Positions 9,510 to 19,275 of a DNA stretch of 64,000 bases are shown here, piece by piece. Below the pieces are notes generated by a model that worked only from the letters and a program-made list of their open reading frames with translations, had not been told where the DNA came from and did not search any database. The translations under genes and the position numbers were made by a program. Numbering within the stretch: position 1 is the stretch's first letter; each line of letters starts with the position of its first letter. The stretch is from the NCBI GenBank assembly GCA_963835065.1, contig CAWIEK010000049.1, positions 384,001 to 448,000 on the forward strand. Direction: 5' to 3'. Source of the stretch: an uncultured Chthonomonadaceae bacterium (GTDB taxonomy: Bacteria; Armatimonadota; Chthonomonadetes; Chthonomonadales; Chthonomonadaceae).

Positions 9510-12500
9510 TCAATTCACATAAATGAACTCGTTCGCCGCCAGCAGCACCTGACACAGAGATTGCCACGCTTTTGTCTGACGCTTGGCGGCATCAGGCGTG
9601 GAAGCCGTCAGCGCATCAGCATACCGGCTCAGGAACGCGGTCGCATTGGCGATTTCGGCGGCGGTTGCCGAACGCGAATAGGCTTTGCGGTAAGCGTGAT
9701 TGATGCGCTCCCCATCCGTACTGCCGGATTTCAGCGCGTCCTGCGCGAACGCCATTGCCTGCTCCTGCACAAACGGGCTGTTCATCACGAACAGCGCTTG
9801 CGGCGACACCGTTGTTGTCGAGCGGCGGGCGTTCACCATCGAAGGATCGCCCATATCGAACGCCTGAAACATATCGAACAGGGCATTGCGGATTATCGGC
9901 AGATAAACGCTGCGGCGCGGCGCGTTGTACTGCGCGGCGTTGCCCGACTGGTCGTTGGTCACATAGTCGTTGTTGCGGGTTGTCAGCAGCGAACCGCCCG
10001 GTTTCAGGTCCAGCTTGCCCGCCACAAACAGCAGGCTGTCCCGGAACGGCTCGGCTTCCAGACGCCTGCGGGTGAAATGCGACAGCAGCTTGTTGTCCGG
10101 GTCGGCAAGCGCGGCTTTCGGGTCGGTATCGGTACTCATCTGGTATGCGCTCGACAGCATAATGATGCGGTGCATCTGCTTGATAGACCAGCCCTTTTCC
10201 ACAAACGTCGCCGCCAGCCAGTCCAGCAGTTCGGGATGCGTGGGCTTTTCGCTCAACAATCCGAAGTTTTCCGGGGTGCGAACGATGCCCTGCCCGAAAT
10301 GCTCCTGCCATACGCGGTTGATTTCCACGCGGCTAGTCAGGGGGTTGTCGGGGCGGGTAATCCATTGCGCCAGTTCCAATCTTCCGCTGCGCTTGTCGTC
10401 TACAATCTGCTTGTCGCCGTCTAATACCACGCTCAAAAAGTGGCGCGGAACCTCATCGCCCAGGGTTTGCGTGTTGCCGCGCAGATGAACCCGGCAGTTT
10501 TCGATTTTGCCTTCTTCCACCGCCAGCGCCTTCGGAACCTCCGTCATGGTCGCTTTCGCGTCGTCAACGGCCTTCTGCTTGTCGTTGAGGTTTTTGGCTA
10601 CGCTCGTGGGATGAAATGTATACGGGTTGGCGGGGATCGCCAGCAGGCCGTTTTTGGTTGTCAGCGCGGTATTCAGCGCGGCCAGTTGATTGCCGTTTGC
10701 TTTTTCCGCGCCCGCAAAAACTTCCTGATACTTCGCGGCTACCTGCTCCAAATTGGCGGGCGCGAATCCGGCGAACGCCTGTATGATCGCAGGGTCTGCG
10801 TGGGCATCCGCCAGTTGACCCGCAATCATGGGCGCGTTTTGGGCAAAGCGGTCAACAGGGATGTGGGCGTAGCGGACGAACGCGCCCAGTATCGGGTCAT
10901 TCTGCGCCACGCGCAGCCGCCCCGCCCACACCCGAACCAGAGCCGGGTTGAGATGGCCGGCCTGCGCGATCTGATCCAGACTGCGAACAGGTTTGCCACC
11001 CCGCCCATTTTCGGTTTCCGCCAGGACGAGCATCAGCTTGTCAATGTGGGGAATGTCGCCGTTGTTTTCGATGCGGATGGTGTTTTTGCCCGCCGCCAGC
11101 GAATACACGCCCTGCACTTCCCATTTCTGGCCGTCCGGGAACCAGCTTCCCGTCACGCTGCCTGCCGCGCGCTCATTGGCGACCTTGCCGTTCAGCAGCA
11201 GCTTGATGGGCCGCGACTGCATGGCCGCGTAGCGCATTTCTATCTGATAATTGCCGGCTTTTTTGACGTTGATGTCCCATTCGGCAAACGTCGGCACGAC
11301 AACCGTATGGATAATCGCCGATGCCCTTGCCATACCCGTCGAAATCGCGGTTGGCGTTGCCCCGGTCAAATTTTTCCGCTTCCACGAACAGCCGCGTATC
11401 GTTGGGCTGCGCGGGCAGTTCCGCCAGCGATTGGACACCGGGCTGCTGCGCCACTTCCCATCCCGCCAGCAGGTATTTGGCAAGATTGGCGCGCTGATCG
11501 GCAATCAAGTCCCGGTTCGCTTTCACGGTTTCGCGCTTCAGGTCGTCTTCCAGCGCCTTTACCTTGCGCTGCTGTTCTTCCGCCTGCGCTTTGGCAGCCT
11601 CGCTGACAAGAGGCCGCTCATTGCAGCGGGCAACCGTGTTCAGCGTTTCCATCGTGCGCGTACTCTTGAAAATACCGGCAAGCGCGTAATAATCTTTGGT
11701 GGGAATGGGATCGAATTTGTGGTCATGGCAGCGGGCGCAGGCAACCGTCAGGCCCAAAAACGCCTTGCTCGTGACTTCGATCTGCTCGTCCACGATGTCC
11801 ATGACCATTTTCGGCTTGTCGGGTTCGGCAAGCACTTTCGGGGCCGAGGGAGAGAAAGCCGGTCGCCGTCAAATGCTCGTTGCGCTCCTCGTCCGTGCTT
11901 GCGGGCAACAGGTCGCCGGCAAGCTGTTCGCGTATCAGTTGGTCATAAGGCTTGTCTTTGTTGAAGGCGTTGATGATGTAATCGCGGTAGCGAAAAGCAT
12001 TGCCGAAGGCGGTATTTTCGTCCAGCCCGTTGCTGTCGGCGTAGCGGGCCACGTCCAGCCAGTGCCGCCCCCACCGCTCGCCATACTGCGGACTCGCAAG
12101 CAGCCTGTCCACCACTTTGGCAAAAGCATTGGGCGATTTGTCGGCAAGAAAAGCGTCCACATCGGCGGGCGTCGGCGGCAGGCCGATAAGATCGAAATAA
12201 GCGCGGCGAATCAAGTCTTTTTTGGCAGCGGGAAGCGCAGGCTTCAGCCCCTTCGCTTCCATCCCGGCAAGAATAAACCTGTCAATCGGAGACTGACACC
12301 ACGCGCTGTTCTTCACGGCAGGCAACGCAGGCTTCCCAAACGGCTTGAAAGGCCACGTGTTCTTGTCCTTCGCCGAAACAATCTTCTCCGGCTTTCCACC
12401 AGTCACGCCACTGTTCCCTGTTCCCTGTTCCCTGTTCCCTTCCTTCGGCCAGGGTGCGCCCATCTTAACCCACGCGGTCAGGGCGGCGATTTCTTCCGCG

Positions 12501-12856
12501 CGCAATTTGCCCGCCGGGGGCATTTTCACTTTGCCGTCGTAGCTGAGAACATGCAGGAGGACGCTTTTTTCGGGGTCGCCGGGAACCAGCGCGGGGCCAT
12601 GCGCGTTGCCTTTGAGCAGGCCGTCCAGCGAGTCGAGGCTGAGGTCGGCGCGGGCTTTACTGCCGCTGTGGCAGCTATAGCAGTTGTTGACCAGAACCGG
12701 CCGCACCTTGCTTTCAAAGAACAACGCCTGCTGCGGCGTAATGGAAGTTGCCAGTGCCGGTTTTTCCTGCCGCGCCTGTACGCCCGTCACTCCCAACGCC
12801 ACCAACGCGCCCATGCTCCCGATGCCGATACCTGCCGTTCGTCGTATGCCTGTCAT
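9510..12856 (-). CDS. Planctomycete cytochrome c / DUF1549 / DUF1553 (PSD1) protein with CBM-like insert; split by two +1 frameshifts (~11840, ~11317)
   Basis: [56 protein letters not shown] are distributed over three overlapping frames. Confidence 0.85.
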
Positions 12857-12984
12857 GCCTTCTCCCGCCAACTGTAATCGCGCCCAAATCGTTGCTAATA
12901 CTATACCATGCGACACAATTTTACGCCGATTGTTACCGGAAAGATGAAGGAGGACAACCGCAAAACACGCAAAACAAACGAAAA
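12835..12984. repeat. Direct repeat copy A (~150 bp; promoter region plus first codons of the DUF1553 gene)
   Basis: CCGTTCGTCGTATGCCTGTCATGCCTTCTCCCGCCAACT...CAAAACAAACGAAAA recurs at 13827. Confidence 0.9.
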
Positions 12985-13100
12985 GAAGACATCCACTCCC
13001 TTCGTTGTACTGGCAACAAACACCCCTCCAACAAGTTGGAGGGGTGTTTGGATGGGAAGATAAAGGACGTTTTCTTTCGTTCGGCAGAAGCGACTTGGCG

Positions 13101-13511
13101 TCAGGGAACGACTTCAAAAGCGCCGGTCAGATGGATACGATAGGCGCGGAAATGATGGTCTATCGTGAACACGCGCGACAGGTTCAGGCTCTCCGCAACG
13201 GCGACAAGCGAAGCATCCGCTAAATCCATCGGTGTATCCTGGTATTGCTGCATGAGTGCGTCCATACGGTCGGCTCCCGCACTGGTGAGTTCATGCACAA
13301 CAACAATTCCTTTGCGCCGCAGTTGCCAAAGCGATTCCTGGGCACGATAGCCACCTTCTCTGTGTAGTAGGTACATGGCTTCGGTAAAACAAGGCCAGGT
13401 GGTGAGCAGCGGCGACTTGGGCAGCGTTTTAGCGGCGGCAACACAGCGGAGATGGTCGGGGTCATTTTTATCCGCAATGGCAACGAGCGGGCCGGTGTCC
13501 GTCAGGTTCAC
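13101..13511 (-). CDS. PIN-domain (VapC-like) toxin
   Basis: LTDTGPLVA...MDLADASLVAVAE...FTIDHHF. Confidence 0.9.
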   Translation of the reverse strand: MNLTDTGPLVAIADKNDPDHLRCVAAAKTLPKSPLLTTWPCFTEAMYLLHREGGYRAQESLWQLRRKGIVVVHELTSAGADRMDALMQQYQDTPMDLADASLVAVAESLNLSRVFTIDHHFRAYRIHLTGAFEVVP

Positions 13512-13777
13512 AAGGTTCCCTCACTGTGTTTCTTCACAACGTGTTCCGCGAAGAGTTCACTGACTCGCGCAGCATTGTTTGCGCCGCTGCCTTCCACACA
13601 GCCGACGTAATCCCCCAATAGATCGTAGAGCGATCCCGTTTCGAGCGCGTTGACATTCGGCTCGTTCTCTGTATCTGTTACAGGCAGGGGAATGAGCCGG
13701 AAACGCTCTGACGGAAACTGTTCGAGAAGACGTTTAAGTTCCTCGCCTGTTCCTTCTAATATCTGAGATTGTGCCAT
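13508..13777 (-). CDS. Putative antitoxin
   Basis: Small gene upstream with 4-bp overlap to the PIN gene. Confidence 0.7.
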   Translation of the reverse strand: MAQSQILEGTGEELKRLLEQFPSERFRLIPLPVTDTENEPNVNALETGSLYDLLGDYVGCVEGSGANNAARVSELFAEHVVKKHSEGTL

Positions 13778-13826
13778 TGTTGTCCTTACCTCCGGCTTTC
13801 CCATTCGCATACGCTACTTACGCGCA

Positions 13827-13978
13827 CCGTTCGTCGTATGCCTGTCATGCCTTCTCCCGCCAACTCGTAATCGCGCCCAATCGTTACTTACTACTATACC
13901 ATGCGACACAATTTCACGCCGATTGTTACCGCAAACATGAGGAATGCCAAACCGCAAAACACACAAAACAAACGAAAA
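13827..13978. repeat. Direct repeat copy B (~150 bp)
   Basis: Diverged copy of 12835-12984. Confidence 0.9.
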
Positions 13979-14009
13979 ATGACAGCAATCTGCTTCTTGC
14001 CAGTTCTTT

Positions 14010-14680
14010 CAACCTATTTCAACATAGTCTTTGAATTCCAATCGAGATTGGCAGGCATTGCACGTTCCAGAGCCGCCATACGCCTCCCGGTAAAATCGTC
14101 AACGTCCATATAGACGTCCTCACTGAGACAAAACGGACAATATGTTTTCAGGTAGGCATATGGTTCAGAAACACAATTCCAGGTAAAATCTCTCTCAACA
14201 AAACTCCTCTGTTCAATGCAAGAGAATGTATTTACCGCAGACTAATAGACCCGTTCATCCAGTTTCTGCACCACAGCCTCCAATTGCGCCGCGTCGCTCC
14301 AGGCGGCGTAGGCACAGCGTACGCCGCGCTGTAACTGTCATAGGCTTTGTATGTATCGTCCGCAAGGTTTCACCCACATGGTCAATTGCATCACATTGCC
14401 AGCCAAAGCGAATGGGCATTCTCTTACGAAACATATCAATAATCTGAGTAAGAACCTTCTCAGGATGGGTCGGCAGAAACGTAAACCACTCGTCACCCCC
14501 ATATCTTTCGACAAGTTCACTGTTGCCGATACATTGTCGCAATAAAGCATCGAACTCAGTAATTTCCTGATCTCCTCGCAGATGTCCAAGAAACACATTA
14601 CGCCGTTTCAAATCCGCCAGATCAAAGAAAGCGAGATAGCCCGGCATCAAAGATGCCCATTTCAGGATAGATAAAGACAT
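14010..14680 (-). pseudogene. Degenerate GGDEF-like protein with C-terminal CxxC pair; frameshift and internal stop
   Basis: FFDLADLKRRNVFLGHLRGD...ERYGGDEW; continues in another frame (RCAYAAW...ERVY*...YCPFC). Confidence 0.5.
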
Positions 14681-14919
14681 TACCTTACCTTACCTCGAGA
14701 GAACAAGTGACGTGTTGTTCAATAACAACAATTCTGTTTTTACAATAATTTATTTAGCCAAAATTTTTTCTCAATGAATTGTATTAATACTATCCATTTT
14801 CGCGCTTCCTATTTGCTTACTCGAAGCGCTTTCTGACCGATGCTCTTTCCGCTTCTTCGTCGGTTGAGTATCGTTCTCGCCATAAATCTACGAGATCAGG
14901 TAGACAAACGCTATCGCCA

Positions 14920-15264
14920 TCAATACCTCCCGAATGTATAGACAGCAGGCGTAATCGTATAGCTGGAATGGACAGAATGACGTTGAGAGGCCAAACAAGG
15001 ATTCTGCCGACGATTTTTCAGAAATGTGTGTTCTGCTGCTTTTACGCCAGCCGGACAATCTTTGGTCAAAATCGTTCCGTCTTGTCGTCTGTAAAAGCGT
15101 ACACACATATGACCTTCATGCTCTTCAACTAGTTTTACGGCATCTCGTCGGCTCATCTCAGAAAGATTATAGACATTCAAATTGCATTTTCGGCAATGAT
15201 GTATGCGGTCACCTTCTACTTTTCGCATGTTATTCCATAACTCACGGCAGGGCTTCGCAGACAC
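14920..15264 (-). CDS. Cys-rich hypothetical protein (possibly truncated)
   Basis: PC..W..M......HCRKCNLNVYNLSEM...CVRFYRRQDGTILTKDC motif typical of N-termini of some exported proteins. Confidence 0.5.
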   Translation of the reverse strand: MSAKPCRELWNNMRKVEGDRIHHCRKCNLNVYNLSEMSRRDAVKLVEEHEGHMCVRFYRRQDGTILTKDCPAGVKAAEHTFLKNRRQNPCLASQRHSVHSSYTITPAVYTFGRY

Positions 15265-15571
15265 GGATACTATTGAGGTCCGTAAACTTAATATCTTCAG
15301 CCATTTCCCTTTTCCTGTCTCCTATGCGAGAACGCACGTTCCATAACCTCTCCACACCATTTAAGTAAGATCAGAGTATGCGGGTAGGAAAGTTTCATAC
15401 GAGTCGTTCTTACGCCAGATGCGTTTTCACTGCCGTAGGAGGAGGCGTGGTCTGCGGCAATGCCGGCAGTTTCATGTAAAGACTGCTGCCCTCGTCGCGC
15501 AGATCATACCCTGCATCGAAGGGATCGCCCTCAATAGTATAGTCTCACATCACAACGCCATAGTTTCGGGT

Positions 15572-16790
15572 TCACAAAGTATGAACGTCCCATAATTCTA
15601 CAGCACAGAAATAGCAAACAGCTATTTTTCGGCCATCGGGCGTAAAACACATCTGCTTGGGACCGCAGAAACCCTCATTGCTTGTACGGGTTTCAGTCCG
15701 CCAACGAGCAATCTGCCTGCCCGAACTCACATCCCACAGACAAAGCAGAGTTTCCAATGGACTACCAAACAGATGGTTTTGCCACTCCACGCTCACCGTT
15801 CCAGAATGCGACTGTTCGGCGAGAAGGTGTAGCAGAAGTCACTTTTCGATGATTGGGACGGGGGTGTATAGTTCTATTTGCGCCTTTAACCGCCCAGAAG
15901 CCACATCCCACAGCCGCATCACATAGGTCTCCGATGTAGCAGGATCAAGAACATCATCCACCGTGATCAATGTCCGACTGTCTGGGGAAAAGGTAAGTTT
16001 TCTCAATAAACTCTGGTGTCCACCACACTGATGCTGCAAATTCCATACACACAGCCCGTTCTCTTCCTCCATTTCCCAGAGATGGACCTGAGTGCTGGCA
16101 GTCGCAAGCCACTTGCCATCCCCCGAAACCTCCAGATTCTCGATATACTCTTCTTTGGTGACTTCGGGTGGATTGCCGATAAACGTAGCCAGTTTAGCGC
16201 CTGTGCGCAGATTCCCAGATGTAAACCCGATCCCTTTCATCATACACATAACTGACACCGGCCAATCGTTGATCACCGGGCAGGAATTGAACGGAGAAAA
16301 CCTCACGAAAATGATGGCTTCTAATGCTACCATCTTCGTAACGGAATTCTTCCGCTTCATCATCTTTTCGCAACACTATCAAGGGTTACTCGGTTGCGAG
16401 ATCTACGACAACTCCAACGCCCCCATCAGAGCGGACTAACCGCTGACTGACGGCCAACCTCTTTCCCTGGGTATCGAATGCAAGTCCATAGTAATAGGGA
16501 GTGTTACCACCGGAAATGTTGTGTAGAAGTGTCTGCTTTCGTTCTCCCGTATAAGCGTCCCACAAACACACGTAATCTCCATGAGTTGTAGCAAGGGTCG
16601 GTTCTATTGGAGAGAAGGTAAAGTTATATAGGAAAGGTTCCTCAATCTGTACTTGTAGTTGACCGGTATCTGCATTCCAAGTCAGAAGTTGCTCTCCCTT
16701 GGTGGCAAGTAGACAACTATCAGCAGAGAAAGTCGCCTCAATGTATGTATTCGGATGAGGAAGTACAATCGGTTCAGGGAGGTTGTTCAT
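15572..16790 (-). pseudogene. Fragmented WD40-repeat protein
   Basis: FSPD/LWD WD40 repeats split over three ORFs in different frames. Confidence 0.65.
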
Positions 16791-17077
16791 AGGTAGAGCC
16801 GGAGTGTCATTTCAGCGACATTTATAATCCATAAGGGGCGCAAGTTTATCTGGTTGCTGCGATTGCTGAACATTATACCTATCACGTCAGTACAAAATTC
16901 ACTATTGCCTGCTCGTCTCTTACTAAGACTGATGTAATGTTCGCCTGCCTTTAAGTTATTGAGAACGGCCATTCTCATAACCTGATTCATAAGAGTTGTA
17001 TCTGCATCTCTGCTCACTTCGACAAGAACTACTCTAGACAGGCCAGCAGATTTCAAGCGACTTTGCTCCTACAGCAG

Positions 17078-17296
17078 TTAGAAAGCATCTAATGTAGAAG
17101 GCGACACGGGTGGCTGTAATGCTATGAGTTTCATGTACAAACTGCTGCCCTCGTCACGTAGATCATCGTCTTCAGGATGATTGCGCAGGCAGTCCCTCAA
17201 CAACACATTCACGGTTTCACATTCCTTCAGTGTATGCGCTTCACATATCGCTTCGCTGACTTGATCTCGCGTCATGTTTCGAGCCTCCCGCGCCAC
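17078..17296 (-). CDS. Small hypothetical protein
   Basis: 72-aa ORF; its DLRDEGSSLYMKL segment has a remnant copy near 15470-15507. Confidence 0.5.
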   Translation of the reverse strand: MAREARNMTRDQVSEAICEAHTLKECETVNVLLRDCLRNHPEDDDLRDEGSSLYMKLIALQPPVSPSTLDAF

Positions 17297-17309
17297 ATTG
17301 CTTTTAGGG

Positions 17310-17663
17310 CTACAACGGCGAAGCAGGCTGTGCCGGTTTTCCCTGATGCTCCAAGCGGGCTACCGTCGCATCAAGTTCTGCAACCACCAGGAATTCGAGT
17401 TCCTGACGCTCCTGCTGAGTCAGTATTGCGCGGCGAACAAGCAATTCCTGCATACGATCCTGCTGCGCTTGCGAAAAGAAGGCGTCCGGGCCGAAACGCT
17501 GAATCAGGATGGCGGTTTCGCGCATTTCCTCGCCCCAATCTGCTGTCAAGGCGTCAAGCGCCTCTCCCATCGTACGCCCAACCGCCTCCTTCTCTCCCGC
17601 TGTGGCGCGGAAGCGAGGAACATCCAGCGGCAAACAATCGCGGCGAATGGATACAGCCGTCAT
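17310..17663 (-). CDS. Hypothetical protein (antitoxin-like helical C-terminus)
   Basis: QAQQDRMQELL...LTQQERQELEFLV; upstream TTGCGC-17-TATAAT promoter. Confidence 0.6.
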   Translation of the reverse strand: MTAVSIRRDCLPLDVPRFRATAGEKEAVGRTMGEALDALTADWGEEMRETAILIQRFGPDAFFSQAQQDRMQELLVRRAILTQQERQELEFLVVAELDATVARLEHQGKPAQPASPL

Positions 17664-17849
17664 AATCTTTTTCTTTCTTCGATGGAGATGCATTTCTCAA
17701 GTTACGGAATCACAAATGTACCACCGGCATTATAGCAAAATTAAACGTATCGCGCAATAGTCAATGGACGAGCCTGTTTTGAATCGGAATAGTTTGGTAT
17801 ACTCTACATAGCGGTTCGGCAGCGTGTCGGCGCAGGCAAAGGAGGTTGC

Positions 17850-18101
17850 ATGAAAGTTCTCAAACGTCCGCATCGTTCCGGTTCTGTAAGAATAACTCCC
17901 AACAAGTCCTCCCCGGCGTCCGCTCCTCAATCGGAGGAAATCGCCGCAACTTTGCTGCCTCCTGCAAGTACGGCAAAGGCGACGAAATCGCACCCCTTAT
18001 CGGATGTCCTCGGAACGTTCGGGGGAGAAGCGTGGGAAGAACACCGCGCCATGCTCCTGAAACTGCGTCAGGCGGATGCGGAAGACGAAACCCTGGAATA
18101 A
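17850..18101 (+). CDS. Putative antitoxin
   Basis: AAGGAGG SD; immediately upstream of the PIN gene. Confidence 0.6.
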   Translation: MKVLKRPHRSGSVRITPNKSSPASAPQSEEIAATLLPPASTAKATKSHPLSDVLGTFGGEAWEEHRAMLLKLRQADAEDETLE

Positions 18102-18105
18102 CGGC

Positions 18106-18558
18106 ATGTATCTCCTGGACACAGACAGTGTGACGAACGGCTTCGATATACGACGCTCACAGCCTTACCTTCGAGCGCGGACCGAAGCCGAACCAATCAC
18201 AAATTTACATGTCAGCATGATAACGCTTGGAGAGATTTGTCGCGGTTGGCTGGCGCTGCTCAACGAAGCGCGTAAACACCCTCGTAAGGGCGCGAAAGTT
18301 GTCGAGTATTACACCCTGTTTCAGCGCGAGATCGAGAGTATACAGCGTTATCGCCTGCTCCCTTACAATGACGCGGCAGAGACTGCTTACAATGCTCTGC
18401 CTGCCGAAATCAGAAGACAGCACCCGCTTGATTGCCATATAGCCGCCATTGCATTGACAAATGACTTGATTGTTGTCACGGGCAACTTGCAGCACTTCCA
18501 AAAAATTCCCGGCCTCAAATGCGTAGATTGGACATTGGCTCCAAACATTTCTGAGTAG
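18106..18558 (+). CDS. PIN-domain (VapC-like) toxin
   Basis: MYLLDTD...ITLGEI...DCHIAAIAL...VTGNLQHFQKIPGL. Confidence 0.9.
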   Translation: MYLLDTDSVTNGFDIRRSQPYLRARTEAEPITNLHVSMITLGEICRGWLALLNEARKHPRKGAKVVEYYTLFQREIESIQRYRLLPYNDAAETAYNALPAEIRRQHPLDCHIAAIALTNDLIVVTGNLQHFQKIPGLKCVDWTLAPNISE

Positions 18559-18709
18559 ATTTGCAGAACACCTGTCAAGTATCGCAGGCATTACGCCAAT
18601 TGGTCCTCAGTTCTTCCATGCGTTGCTGCTGCATGATCGCGCAAATTCAAATTTTGAGTATCGCGCAAATAGTCAATGGACGGCCTATATGAAAGAAACA
18701 GAAAAAAGC

Positions 18710-18990
18710 AAAATAACGCCAAAACAGTGAACCTTTTGCCCCATTCCCCTGTCTAAATAGTACAAGTGTCTACTATACAGACCGGAAGGTTGAACGCTGG
18801 CAGTTCCTCATCAACTATCAACTATCAACTATCAACTAAGAAGGGAGGTGCAAAGCCTATGTTTCACCCCTCTCGTTCGCCCTGACGCTTACGAGGTCAC
18901 GACGCCTCTCTCCTACAACTTGACACAATGAGACATCGGGCTGGAAGCGCTGTATTGCCAAGATTTCGACGATCTCTCTACATATCCTTT
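18710..18990 (+). ncRNA. Candidate small RNA / minigene element, copy 1 (ECF-type promoter, SD, ORF MFHPSRSP)
   Basis: Highly similar to the reverse complement of 45398-45676; GAACC-17-GTCTAA; AAGGGAGGTG-8nt-ATG. Confidence 0.5.
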
Positions 18991-19275
18991 TTTCTTTCTC
19001 TGCCTATTTTCATCCTTCATCCTTCATCCTTTGCTTGCGAAGGAGGTTGTAGGAAAGTTCTCAGTTGCCTGTTTTCTCTTGGTGTTCCTGGCGTCTTGGT
19101 GGTGAAAAGTTACTCACATTCTATTCTGCCCGGTCTGCTTTCCGTATTCGGACACGCTGTTCCTGCCTGCGTGACACACATTCTCTCGTTTTGGGACACG
19201 CTTTCGGACACAAGCCCTGCCGTAAACTGGCTGTAGGTCTCGAAACCGCATTACGCTTTACGGGAGGTGTCCCTG

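Noticed and set aside
9510..12856. Programmed frameshifting or true pseudogene in the DUF1553 and GH116 genes
   Set aside because: No slippery heptamers or in-frame stops; isolated +1 bases look like read errors
18930..18975. tmRNA 5' end (GGGCTG...GATTTCGAC resemblance)
   Set aside because: No matching T-arm/CCA 3' piece or tag reading frame found
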